Position numbers and translations under genes: made by a program | The notes under the pieces: model-generated | What the model was told of the DNA's origin: nothing | Databases searched by the model: none | Seen by the model: only the letters and a program-made list of their open reading frames with translations | Origin: Octopus sinensis | Taxonomy: Eukaryota | Direction of reading: 5' to 3' | Assembly: GCF_006345805.1 (NCBI RefSeq) | Contig: NC_042997.1 | Coordinates: forward strand, 45,694,001 to 45,758,000 | DNA length: 64,000 bases | Shown: positions 26,098 through 38,814 of the stretch, piece after piece | Layout of the letters: each line of letters opens with the position of its first letter | Numbering within the stretch: the stretch's first letter is position 1

Positions 26098-27015
26098 GAA
26101 AGATGTTTCTTTTTAACTAATCACAAAAGCCTTTTATTTTAGGGGAACGGAAATTGGAAAGCAATGAGGTTTATTATATATCCCAGAGGCATTTAACAAT
26201 ATTGCAATATTAGCAAAGTAAAATGACTGTAACTGGCAAAGGAAACTACGTCACCGACTCGCCTCACAAAGAGCTGACTCCGATGTCCATCAATCCGAAG
26301 AGAAGAATTTTTTTTAGAAGCACAAATTTAATATCTTTCTATTGAATCGATCCCGTGCATTAACTGCACTTATTTTATCAGTCCTTGAGAAGTAAAAGGC
26401 AAATGTTGATGATATCCTGCTTCATACCGTATGGAAGATAGAAACTAAAGCTTGTAAGATATTTAACCCCCACCCATTCTATAGATTTTGCTTCTACTTC
26501 CTCAAATGTAAAATTCACGGTACAAACGATCCGTGTTTGAAAGAAAGAAGGGTGTGAAGCTATTATGTTTATGCTTTTCGCAGGGACATTATCGTGGCTC
26601 ATCTCTCACTTAATCGTTCTCCTCCATCCAAGGCAAATTATTGGGTTCTGCAAGTGAAAAGAAGCCTTAGAAGAGCAATGTTAAATATTTTAAGGCATCT
26701 TGGTTGCTCATTTTGATCTGTCCTCAACCGTTTAAAGTACACAATATTGAATGGTAATCCGATCGAAAGATGTTTCTTTTTAACTAATTACAAAAAGCCT
26801 TCAATTTTAGAGAGTTGGAAAATAGAAAGTAGTAATGTTTATTATATCCCAAAGGCATATAACATTGTTTGTAAAGTCAAATGACTTTAATTGGGAAAGG
26901 AAACCACGTCGCCAATTTGCCTCGCAGAGAGCTGACTCCGTAAGTGGCAGCGTATTAATTAATAAATCAGATTCAACTCTATTGTCTTTTGTATTGACCC
27001 CGCATTAACCCCACT
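26098..27015 (+). repeat. Diverged direct duplication, ~670-bp period
   Basis: aaagatgtttctttt(t)aactaat...agagctgactccg at ~26098-26282 and ~26766-26940. Confidence 0.8.
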
Positions 27016-28057
27016 TTACCCTACGTAAAATGTTTTGATTATATACAATTTTGAATGACGAACACTTAAAAAGTATCGATCTATTTCTCGGAAGTCATCG
27101 ATTCATATTGTTTCATTCAAAGTTATCAGTATCAGAAAACAGAAAATTAACAACAAGAAATAAATAGCAGTCATAAAGGTGTGACTCGAATTTCTTTTTA
27201 AAATATTCTATTACGTTACATTTAATTTAGTTGTCATGTTATTTCAGTTAAAGTTGAACATTTCACCACACCTACTCGATACTGTGAGAACATTTGTTTT
27301 TTGCCTTTTTTTTCCTTGTTTGCTTCAGGCCTTAAATAATAGTTTAAACATTCTTCGATTAAATCTTTTGATTTACAGATGTGTTTGGAGTGAAGAATTT
27401 AAAAAGATAGAAATACATGTAAGTGTAATCTTTAGATTTCTAGATACTTCTTCCTTTCCCACTTTTTTTTTTTTTGCCAAAATATCATAAATTCATACCT
27501 AAGGAGATAGAAATAGTTTCTTCCTTAAAACCGACATCCTTCTCTAAAGACTCTAAAGACTCTAAAGATAGTAACAATGTGTGAAGGAACCCTGATATTC
27601 TGATATCTCTAGTCTTAATGCAATTAATCGCAAGACTTGCAGCTGGCCGAATCACTAGAGTAAGAAGTGTTGCTGTTTTAGACACTTAAATCTTAACGGC
27701 CCAGATTTACCAACTAAAAATAGATAACACCAAGGAGAAGAACAGTTTGAAAGATAAATATAGTGAGGTTATAGAATTGACAGCTATTATGAGTGGTGGG
27801 CTTCTATCTAGTTAATAAAAAAATTATGAAAATAACACTTTTGTAAGACGGTCGATTAGCAGGAGTGGTAGAGCGTTGTTTAAATACAATATTTGTTTCG
27901 GCACCCATTTGCCACATGCTTGACGAAATTCGTGTCTCGAGATATAAGAAACACAATGTATATCGATGCGAAACGTGACAAATGGGTACCCGTAATTGTC
28001 AATCCCCAAGTAAGGGTGAAACGCATCTAACATTCCTGCGATGACATTTGTTTCACT

Positions 28058-28303
28058 TAAGGCGGGCGAGCTGGCAGAAACGTTAGCGCGCCGGGCGAAA
28101 TGCTTAGCCGTATTTCGTTTGCCGTTACGTTCTGAGTTCAAATTCCGCCGAGGTCGACTTTGCCTTTCATCCTTTCGGGGTCGATAAATAAAGTACCAAT
28201 TTCGCACTGGGGTCGATGTAATCGACTTGATCCGTTTGTGTGTCCTTGTTTGTTCCCACTGTGTGTAGCACCTTGTGGGTAGTAAAGAAATAGATATTTG
28301 TTT
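28058..28303 (+). mobile_element. SINE family C
   Basis: Full 5' head and Nin/Deu-like core. Confidence 0.88.
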
Positions 28304-28465
28304 CACTTCGATATACATATTGTGCTTTTAATATAACATGTGCACGAAGACATTTTTTTCTCAGACAAAGACCACAGCAGCAAGCCTTTCGACGCTGTAT
28401 ATAAATTTAGCATCATACATAGATGGCAATAACATATGTATGTGTGTGTGTGTGACGAGTGTCTT

Positions 28466-28505
<40 letters not shown>

Positions 28506-28548
28506 GCACTTTTATATATCTAATCCACATATAAATGAATACATATGA

Positions 28549-28845
28549 GGGCGCATGGCCTAGTGGTTAGGATGCTATACTCACGGTCGCGAGATCGTGG
28601 TTTCATTCCTTAGACTGGGTGGTGCGTAATGTTCTTGAGTGAAGGACTTCATCTCACGCTGCTCAGCAATGGCTTCAGCACCTGGTGTATGGTACATGGT
28701 GCACCTGTTCAGCCAACGTCGATTTGATGGAAGGAGTGAGCTAATGTACAGCACATAGGTCCCATCACTGAAAGCAAATCATTTGAGCTGGTTTTTCCCG
28801 CAAGAAATTGCAGAACCATCTCTCTTAGACTACGGGAGACGGCCA
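28549..28845 (+). mobile_element. tRNA-derived SINE related to family B
   Basis: ggcgcatggcctagtggttag...cggtcgcgagatcgtggtttc. Confidence 0.6.
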
Positions 28846-28859
28846 TCATATATATATAT

Positions 28860-29341
28860 TACATAATATCCGTTCTGTCTGTCTGTGTGTGTGTGTCTTC
28901 TAGGATCTCGGTGATCCTCCATCCGATTGCGCTCAAATTTGATATGTAGATACCGACGGTATCAGGGCGTGTATAAGTCTTGAAAAAATTGCAAAAATCG
29001 ATTCCAGGTGAGAATGCGATCAATAAAGCTGTTTTGGTCTGGTTTTCTTCTGTCAACCTGTACATAACTGCACCTTCCAGGTATTAGCGCGCATCTACGA
29101 TGAGTCTACGATTTAAAAAAAAAATTACCATTATTTTTTTCCATTTTAATGCATTTTTTCGCTATTATATAAGGGAAGTAACTCTCTAAAAATGTCTAGT
29201 CAACGATTTAAAAAAAAATTTACCATCAATTTTTTTCCATTTTTAATGCATTTTTTTGCTATTTTTTGGCTATAAGTCTCTAAAAATGCTTATATAGTTA
29301 TTTCCCTTACAAACCCGAGCAACGCCGGGCAATACTGCTAG
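28860..29341 (+). mobile_element. Non-autonomous Helitron
   Basis: 5' (GTCT)n plus ccgattgcgctcaaattt, an internal ~90-bp duplication, and a 3' hairpin cccgagcaacgccggg followed by CTAG|T. Confidence 0.75.
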
Positions 29342-29706
29342 TGTACTATAAATCTTCATAAACGGACATATATTTTTACGATCTCCTAAGAAAATGGCAT
29401 AGAACACTCTTTTCTGCGAGTGCGCATGAATTCATCTCGAGGTGTACGCATCTCTGCAGCTCTCTTAATCTTTTGAAATATTATCCTGCTTTCTTTTGAA
29501 TCACCATTCGAAAGTAGAATGTCCCGCTTTCGAAATCCATAAACCGTCCCTCGCAACCAACGGTTTCAATAGTCAGTGAGATATATATCTCGTACGAGAA
29601 AATATTTCTCGAACAAAACCTAGATTTGCTTATTCATTTTATTGCTAAATTACGAACGCCCTCTCAGCCTAACTACTGTGAAAATGCTTAAACTAAACGT
29701 TTTTCC

Positions 29707-30134
29707 TTTACTCTTTAACTCTTTTACTTGTTTCAGTCATTTGACTGCGGCCATGCTGGAACACCGCCTTTATTCGAGCAAATCGACGCCAGGACTTGTT
29801 CTTTGTAAGCCTAGTACTTATTCTATCGGTCTCTTTTGCCAAACCGCTAAGTTACGGGGACGTAAACACACCAGCATCGGTTGTCAAGCGATGTTGGTGA
29901 CAAACACAGACACACAAACATATACACACATACATACATACATACATACATACATACATACATACCTATATATATATAATACGCCAGTCTTCTTTCAGTT
30001 TCCGCCTACCAAATCCACTCACAAGGCTTTGGTCGGCCTGAGGCTATAGTAGAAGACACTTGCCCAAGGTTCCACGCAGGGGGACTGAATCCAGAACCAT
30101 GTGGTTGGTAAACAAGCTACTTACCACACAGCCA
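29707..30134 (-). mobile_element. SINE family A
   Basis: Family A body and tail. Confidence 0.9.
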
Positions 30135-30195
30135 TACTCCTTTTCAATTATCCGTTTTTACACTTTGTCCCATACATATACTTTCTTCTCTCTCT

Positions 30196-30598
30196 CTTTT
30201 ACTCTTTTACTTGTTTCAGTCATTTGACTGCGGCCATGCTGGAGCACCGCCTTTAATCGAGCAACTCGACCCCGGGACTTATTCTTTTGTAAGCTCAGTA
30301 CTTATTCTATCGGTCTCTTTTGCCGAACTGCTAAGTAACGGGGACATAAACACACCAGCATCGGTTGTCAAGCAATGCTAGGGGGGACAAACACAGACAC
30401 ACAAACACACACACGCATATATATATACATATATACGACGGGCTTCTTTCAGTTTCCGTCTACCAAATCCACTCACAAGGCTTTGGTCGACCCGAGGCTA
30501 TAGTAGAAGACACTTGCCCAAGGTGCCACGCAGTGGGACTGAACCCGGAACCATGTGGTTGGTAAAAAAGCTACTTACCACACAGCCACTCCTGCGCC
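30196..30598 (-). mobile_element. SINE family A, full length
   Basis: Ends ...cagccactcctgcgcc. Confidence 0.92.
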
Positions 30599-31721
30599 TC
30601 TTCATTTATTTTACGTCTATGTTACCGTTTCCCTGTTCATCTATCATTTCGTCAAATGATGAACCGCTGTGGCTGTCTTGTTTTACCTTGTCCTGTGCAC
30701 TTTATTTGTGGTCCGTACTTAATTTTTCATCTGTTTTGATTGCAACGCTACGAAAAGGTTTCGTGCACATTTATCGTCTGTCTGTCTGTCAGCGACCACT
30801 GACTTCACTCAATTCTTCTTCTCTCTTTCTCTTCCTCTTTCCGTCTCGCGTTCTCTTTCTCACCTTCCTTTCTCGCTTACGTCTTTTCTCTCTCCCCCCC
30901 TTTCCTTGTGCGATTCTAATCTTCCCACAATGCCTTTCTGTCTTCCTGTGGTTCTAATTGTACTGTTTAGTTTGCTAGTTTTTCAATTCGGATCTTCTAC
31001 TGGTCACTTCACTCTCCATTCTCTCTCGCTCTCTCTCTCTTTTTCTTCAAGAGCTAACGTCCAGTTACATACTCTCCTTTTCTCTTTATGTTATACTTCG
31101 TACAATCGCCTCCATTTTGTTTTCGGTGTTTTCTCTAGTCGAAATAATTCACTATTTAATATTCTTCGTCACGGTATCCCGTGTTCTGTTTGTTTTAGTC
31201 GTACACGCTAGTTTTTCGTTTAATGCTTTATTTATTTTTCTGTATTTGTTGTCGTCTGCTCTTAGACGTCATCCCAAGCACATTAAAACGAGTGAACAGC
31301 TCTGCTGTTTATGCACCAAATTTGCCTTGACCTTCAGTCAACAGCTAATGATACGTTATGGTTATCTTGTTTGTATCTTGTCCTGAGAGTTTTACTTCGT
31401 GCTTCTCTCAAGAAGGCAACTTCTCTCTTCACCATGACTTGTTTTTTAGACCTCGTACATCACGTCTAGTAATCTCTTTTCCGTGGATTTTATCAGTCTC
31501 CTGACAACTATCTTTTCCATGGATCTTTCCAATGATTTTACTACCATCATCTCTCACTACCAAGCTTTTCCGATCTTCTACTTTTATTGAGTAATTTTTG
31601 CCATCTTTGAGGTTTCCTCTCTTCACAACATTCATACATTTTCTCTCTTCTACATTTATAAATTTTAGTCTTTTACAAAAAATGTTATACCTTTACTTAT
31701 ATTTGCTATACACTTGCACAC

Positions 31722-31898
31722 ATTTCTTTCTTTTCACTGCGGCCATGCTGGGACACCACTTTGAAGGGTTTTAGTTGAACAAATCGAATCCAGAAATTAT
31801 ATTTTTTTAGGGCTACTATCTGCATTTCTGCTGAACCGTTAAGTTACGGATTGCCAGGTAGTGGTAGGACACACACAGAGGCACAAGGCCACACACAA

Positions 31899-31935
<37 letters not shown>

Positions 31936-32297
31936 ATGAGAAGATAGCCACTACACATTCTTTATTTTCTCTCATTGGTTTCTTTCTGTGTTCCTTTCTG
32001 CGGAAGAGCGTAGGCTCGAAACGTTAAAGACATTTTCACTTCCCGAGCATTATACTAATATATTTGTTTGTTGTCTACACCACCTGTCTTCGTCTTTTGT
32101 TTTTGTTTTTTTCGTGAATTCTCCCTACATATACATATATGCGTGTGTATGTGACAGGCTATTTTCTGTCTCCATCTACAAAAATCCACTCAAGGATCGA
32201 TGCTATAGCGGAAGACATTTTCCCAAGGTGCTACGCAGTGGGACTGAACTTGGAACCAAGTGGCTGGGAAGCAAGCTTCTTACCACACAGTCACGCC
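31722..32297 (-). mobile_element. Diverged SINE family A split by an insertion at its internal (TA)n
   Basis: 3' part 31722-31900 and 5' part 32130-32297. Confidence 0.7.
31933..32130 (+). mobile_element. Short PLE-like terminal element with an HHR-fold motif (31994-32029)
   Basis: CUUU-CUGCGGA-A-GAGC(GUAG)GCUC-GAAA-CG-UU-AAAG, inserted in (TA)n. Confidence 0.65.
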
Positions 32298-32493
32298 CAT
32301 CTGTAACGATTTTGCCTTCTAATTTGCTTCACCAATATCTTTATTCTCCTTCACACGCACATGTTCTTACCTGACACGCTTTCACACAATCCACCAAGCA
32401 ATTACATAAACATACCAACACTCACACCCCACCCCCACAAACCAATACCGCTATACTTCCTTACTTTTTCCCATTTTATACACACATATGGAA

Positions 32494-32868
32494 GCACTCC
32501 GTCGGTTACGACGACGAGGGTTCCGGTTGATCCGAATCAACGGAACAGCCTGCTCGTGAAATTAACGTATAAGTGGCTGAGCACTCCACAGACACGTGTA
32601 CCCTTAACGTAGTTCTCGGGGATATTCAGCGTGACACAGAGAGTGACAAGGCCGGCCCCTTGAAATACAGGTACAAGAGAAACAGGAAGTAAGAGTGAGA
32701 GAAAGTTGTGGTGAAAGAGTACAGCAGGGATCACCACCATCCCCTGCCGGAGCCTCGTGGAGATTTAGGTGTTTTCGCGCAATAAACACGCACAACGCCC
32801 GGTCTGGGAATCGAAACCGCGATCCTATGACCGCGAGTCCGCTGCCCTAACCACTGGGCCATTGCGTC
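32494..32868 (-). mobile_element. SINE family B, full length
   Basis: Reverse complement: gacgcaatggcccagtggttagggcagcggactcgcggtcatagg...gtttcgattccc...gtaaccgacggagtgc. Confidence 0.9.
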
Positions 32869-33209
32869 TCCACACACGCATATATACACCACACCAACAC
32901 ATCTCGCCTTTTATGTCTCCTTTCAGACACGGATGCACTCGTATACTTGGTCTTTTTTCCTTCTTGTATCCCACCTAACAGCATAGCATTTCCGTCTGAT
33001 TTTTGTTTTTTTATTTTCTATTTTTTTCTCCCCTCCTTTATGTTCTCTTTCTTCTGATGGAAGACCAGCGTCTGAAATATCAAAACAATTTCTATCTCCT
33101 TTAAATCGTTAAGCTTTAACGACCTTATTTGTCAAACTCCTTTTCGCTTTTGTAGTCTTACTGATTGTTCATTTTGTTAAAGTATATTTACGCTATATAT
33201 AATATATAT

Positions 33210-33241
<32 letters not shown>

Positions 33242-33434
33242 ATATATATATAATATATATAATACAAAATGGGACAAGAACGCAAAACATGCAGACAACT
33301 AGGTGATACAAAAGGGGGACAACAAAACATCCAGATAGACGATACAAAAAACACGGACGGGTCATTCGAAGCCTTTTATCTTCAGTTAAGAACCGGATTA
33401 ACCTCGCAATTTCGGCTGATACTTACATATATAC

Positions 33435-33489
<55 letters not shown>

Positions 33490-33521
33490 TGTGTGGTGGT
33501 GTGTATGTGTGTGTGCATACG

Positions 33522-33712
33522 GGAGTGGCCATGTGAACGAGAATAGGCCCCAACTATGCGAACCTGTTCGTTGGCAAAGTTGAGGCCCAAATATTCTCAA
33601 GTTTCACTGTTCCTACTCCCGAACTATACGGCCGTTTTATTGACGGTTGTATCGGTGCGATCTCACTCTCCCGCGATCATCTAGACGCCTTCCTCTTTTG
33701 TCAAATCGTTTC
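33522..33712 (+). pseudogene. Penelope-like reverse transcriptase fragment
   Basis: GVAM*TRIGPNYANLFVGKVEAQIF...ELYGRFIDGCIG corresponds to the PLE motifs GxAMG...RYIDD, with a stop codon and a D>G change. Confidence 0.8.
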
Positions 33713-34115
33713 AAGAGAGAAAGAGAGAAAGAGAGAGAGAGAGAGAGAGGAGTAGGCGTGGTGCATAAAGAGAGTGAGAGAGAGAGTGGCATGCGTGGTG
33801 CATAAAAGGAGTGAGAGAGAGAGAGAGGCACACGTGGTGCATAAAGAGAGTGAGATATTTGTAGCAATAGGGGGGGGGTGAGAGCGATAATTTGGTGACT
33901 CAACGTAGGAGGGGGCAGTATGATCAAAGTAAAGTGTGTGTGGAGGGAACAATATGAAAGGATAAAGAATGGATGACGAGTGAAATGGCACCAGGTTGCA
34001 AGAAAAATGAGTGGTATAAGAGAGAGCTGCAGTTAGAGAGATAATGGGTGTTTAGGAGGATTTGAGGAGAATATTGGACGAAAGGTCTATTTGTGAAAAC
34101 ACATACGCACAAACA

Positions 34116-34334
34116 TATATTTCTTTACTACCCACAAGGGGCTAAACACAGAGGGGACAAACAAGGACATACAAAGGGATTAAGTCGACTACATCGACCC
34201 CAATGCGTAACTGGTACTTAATTTATTGACCCCGAAAGGATGAAAGGCAAAGTCGACCTCGGCGGAATTTGAACTCGGAACGTAACGACAGACGAATTTC
34301 GCCCGGCGTGCTAACGTTTCTACCAGCTCGCCGC
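34116..34334 (-). mobile_element. SINE family C
   Basis: gaccccgaaaggatgaaaggcaaagtcgac-like core. Confidence 0.88.
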
Positions 34335-34439
34335 ACAAACATATATATACACGCATGCACACACACATGTATACTTAGCGCTTCCAGAACTGAGTTTCGT
34401 CGATGTTAGCGAGTCCTTTCAAGAACCACGTATTGGCAG

Positions 34440-35150
34440 TCATCCCAATATTCCATGAGGGTCAAGATCCTGATTTCAGCCTCCACCACTTCATAATACG
34501 AAGAGTCCAATTTCTTCCTGGATCACCCTCTCCCAAATGTTCCATCTACATTAACTGATCGGCATTTCTGTAGACAGCTGTCCTTATCTATGTGCATCAC
34601 GTGCTGTTTTTCTTTTTCTTGCATACTATTTTCTCTAAGTGCATTCGTACGATGTGCTACATACACACTCACGCTGCACATCCAACGGAACAGGCTTACT
34701 TCATTTCTTTTCAATCATCTCAAGACTTCTGCGTTTAAAACCCTCACCTGCTACCATGCAGCATTGCAGTTCTAACGCAAGAACCATACAATCTGCCTTT
34801 CACTTTGAAGGAAAAGACCTTTGTTACCAAAAACTGTAGGACTTACATGAACTTTCGTCCGACCGATCTTACACCAGCTACGAAACTTTCAGAGCAAACA
34901 CCTCATTTGCTAATTATATTTCTTGGATAACAAAAGCTGTCAGCTACATATAGTGAGCCATCTGGTCATTGACGAGAGTCTGTTTCACATACGAAGCTTA
35001 TGCTCACTGCTAGAGTGCTTGTGATTCCATTACACGTCCTGTGTGTCCATAGCTTACTTTGGATACAGCGTATGGAGTTTAAACCTACCTTTTTTCTGTT
35101 TATCGAGCAGGGTCATCTCTTTGACAGTAGTAAGGTCTTGTCTTTTTTCT
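34440..35150 (-). mobile_element. RTE-clade LINE 3' fragment (decayed)
   Basis: KVKGRLYGSCVRTAMLHGS...KRNEVSLFRWMC...GR on the minus strand. Confidence 0.65.
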
Positions 35151-35240
35151 AGTTACTAAAACCATTGTTTTGCTAAGCTTATCCTAAGAACTCTCATTTT
35201 TAGGAATTTCCTTTTTAATTCCCCTATAGATTCATGCATG

Positions 35241-35272
<32 letters not shown>

Positions 35273-35744
35273 ATATATATATACGTACACACACACATAC
35301 ATACATTCCAACACAACCCTCATATATCCATAACATGAAATAAATAAATATTTCACAGATGTTTCATAATTTCATTTTAAGCTTTACTACCGTTTCAACG
35401 GTCATATTCGTAATTAATATATTAAAATACATAATTCATTTACATGTAATGGATAAACCGTTTCATCACACTCAAATTGATACGTTTCCTATTTTTATAC
35501 ATTAACTAAGTAATTATATAGTTGACAATGTTTGTATTTTAATTGTTGAAACAACTGCAGAACTTAGAAATTATGAAACATCTGTAAAATCTTTGATCGT
35601 CCAATACTCTGAATTTGCTGCTCCAATAATTCGAGGAAGCCACTTTAAACCCCGCCACCACACATATACATATTCATTCCATTTATGATTGTAATATATT
35701 CGAGTTTGGCGAGATGGTAATAACTGAGCGCTTAAATTCTCATA

Positions 35745-35766
35745 TACACATGCATGTATATGCATG

Positions 35767-35812
<46 letters not shown>

Positions 35813-35838
35813 GACATATATGTATATATGCGTGCATG

Positions 35839-35869
<31 letters not shown>

Positions 35870-35920
35870 GTATGCATGTATACATATGTATATATATATG
35901 TATGTATATATGTATGCACG

Positions 35921-35965
<45 letters not shown>

Positions 35966-36095
35966 GTAGATATGTATGTATATATGTAGGCATACATATA
36001 TATGTATATATATGTAAATATATATATATATATATATGTATGTATGCATCTACATAGATATTTATGTATGTATATATATATCCATATATATATGA
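35745..36095. repeat. (TA)n/(TATG)n microsatellite
   Basis: Direct reading. Confidence 0.95.
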
Positions 36096-36126
36096 AAGAA
36101 TGGAGTTGAACGACGAATTAATAAAA

Positions 36127-36204
36127 TTCCTTATGTTTCGAAGGCTGCATATTCCTAATTGCGAAGGAATAAGGAGTATATTATGCCGCTTTCTCATCAG
36201 GAAA
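36127..36204 (-). ncRNA. Hammerhead-like motif with intact core and long stem II
   Basis: Minus strand UUUC-CUGAUGA-GAAAGCGGCAUA...UAUGCAGCCUUC-GAAA-CAUA-AGGAA. Stems I and III are imperfect. Confidence 0.6.
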
Positions 36205-36662
36205 AGCAAGGAACTTATGTCAACATCAAGATGCAAAAAAAACTTTTAGATGGCTGCTCACACGGAGCCCATAGTGAAAAAATCGACCTTAGCCCTTATT
36301 TCTAGCAGGTGGGTGCTTGTTTAAGCATCCTAACGCTTCGTACAAATATATAATTCATAGCTATTTAATGCTATTGCGCCCTCGATCCACCTATGTCACT
36401 GCTGGTGATATCATCAATTTTAAAATTTATCCACAGATGATATGAATAGTAGTGACATCTGAATTAAAATCTATATGCATATATATACATATAGATATAC
36501 ATATATATACATATATATATATATGTATATAATATATATATATTATATATTATATATATATATAATATACATATATATACATATAGTTATACATAAAAGT
36601 ATACATATATATACATATAGTTATACATATAAATATACATATATATAGACATATATGTATAT

Positions 36663-37819
36663 AGATTAGAGAGAATCACCATGTAGCAATTCAACAATGA
36701 TAACTCGTGAAGACGTTGCGTAAATAAAAAAAATAGAATAAATATATAGAAGTATGTATTATATTAAAGAAAATGGCGAAAGATATTTAAGCTTCTAGAA
36801 TCAAAGAATAAGAGAACAAAAGACAAAACTATGAATTACTATTTACTGGAAGATTTAAATTCCAAATAATTAATACTAAAATACCTAAAATATACATAAC
36901 ATAGTTAAATAAATTTATATTACTGTAATTAATAGATATTCATTAATTTATATATCCATTTACTTAAGAAACATCCAAGTTTAAAGGTATTCAAATAATG
37001 TAATATAGAACATATAATATCATGCTAATTTATACACTTATACTCCAATAAGTTATATCTACAACAAATTAGTAACATAAAATAGGGTTTTATATATATA
37101 TACCGAAAAATTAGCTAATCATATTACACAAGTAATGTAATTTATGTTTGCATTTAATTTTTCGTCCATCAAGGGAATTAACCAATATTTTATTATTATT
37201 AAATAATATTTCCTTAAATTCCTTAGTACACAACAAACAAGAATTACTACATATACGGTAAGATTTTGCCTTACAAATTATCTCCCAAGTTAATTTATAT
37301 TTAATATATTTAGATTTAAGTTTGCAAATATACTTGCTAGGCCCGGTAGAATTAATTAAATTTCTATTCTTAAAAGAATACATGTGTTGAGCCACCCTTA
37401 ATTTAATTTTATTAGAAGTCGACCCTATGTAGATCGCGTTTAAATTATAATCGTTCACATTATTATTATCAATTAAAGTTACTAAACATTTATAAACTAC
37501 ATCATCCAAATTACATGTAGTCTTATCTCTACATGTACAATAAATTATATCAAGGTCTTTATTACTATTATTATTAGAATCATCATTTAATTTATTTTTG
37601 TAAAACTTATTCAATTTAAATTTATTAAATGAAGAAATAATATTACCAACATTATTAGTAGTAGAATAATCAACTCCAAAATTATTACTAGAAAAAATGT
37701 TAAATATATTTTATTTTCCCTAATGAATATTTCAATTATAGTTAAAATCTTTTTAATAATATTTGTTTTTACGTGAACCTCATCAGGAACTATCAACCAT
37801 ATTTTATTCTTATTTTTTA

Positions 37820-37891
<72 letters not shown>

Positions 37892-38037
37892 TAAATTTAT
37901 TATCATCATTAATTGAATTAAATTTAATCTTATTTTTATTTTTTATTCCATTATTAAATGTATGATTTATATTATCATAATACCTATTATTATTAAGACC
38001 ACAGTTCATTATACTGTCCTCAAATACCCGTCGCACG

Positions 38038-38040
<3 letters not shown>
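36663..38040 (-). mobile_element. Penelope-like element 3' region (GIY-YIG endonuclease, frameshifted)
   Basis: ORF 37111-37614: CTCRDKTTC..VVYKC...IYIGSTSNKIKLRVAQH...LTWEII...CLLCTKE...KCKH. Flanked by (TA)n. Confidence 0.82.
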
Positions 38041-38109
<69 letters not shown>

Positions 38110-38112
<3 letters not shown>

Positions 38113-38757
38113 TCTGCGTACTTCATAAGGATTTGCACATAACCACCTGTCATTTCTTCAGTTAGGCTTTTGATCCTGGTCTATGTTTTTTCATCATTGA
38201 AAAACCAAAGCATGCCTTGTTCAGGAGGATTTTTCACTTTGTTAAGTAACCTTTTTGAACGGATGAGACGGTTTTCCTGTGTTTTTGCAGACACGAATTG
38301 ACTTTCTCTCATTATATAGGACTTGTATCGAATGTCACGATGTACCACAGTTCTTATAGTCCACTCTGATACTCGAAGTTCTTTAGCAATGGACCTCATT
38401 GATCTTCTGTGGTTTTCATCGATAATGTTTTGAACATGTATAAATTCTGGTGTCCTTTTAGTGTCTGAGCGTTGTGAATGCTCTTTTTCTCTTTGATACA
38501 GGTGAAAAATATTACCATCACATGCCTCCAATTCCAACCAAACTTTGTGTACAAACGATCTTGCAGCGCTTAGAAAGATGTTAATTTCCAAATCATTGTG
38601 GCTTGCATGTATAGCAACTATAACTGCGTATCTTTTCATCTTTCGAGTTGGTATGATATCTTGAAAGGTTGGTTTATCTGAAAAAGAAAATGATACAGTA
38701 AATAATTTGAAGGTGTAATGAACTAAAAACGAAATGCCCTCAAGTACCCCTGGCACC

Positions 38758-38760
<3 letters not shown>
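38110..38760 (-). mobile_element. 3'-truncated Tc1/mariner-superfamily transposon (maT/DD37D-like)
   Basis: One end TA-CAGGGTG, an HTH (SMRSIAKELRVSEWTIR), then WFFNDEK and, after a frameshift, DQDQK..NRRNDRWLC. The second TIR is missing. Confidence 0.8.
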
Positions 38761-38801
<41 letters not shown>

Positions 38802-38814
38802 CTCTATATTTCTT

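Noticed and set aside
31429-31635. 68-aa minus-strand ORF with a repeated KIHGK motif
   Set aside because: No recognisable domain or splice context. It is probably a short local duplication.
32790-32868. tRNA-like sequences at SINE heads
   Set aside because: They continue into SINE bodies and lack a proper acceptor stem, so they are not tRNA genes.
33260-33425. ctgaaga and ccgaaa motifs on the minus strand of a TA-flanked element
   Set aside because: The order and pairing do not give a hammerhead fold.
35571-36236. Longest ORF (221 aa)
   Set aside because: Mostly (TA)n read-through.
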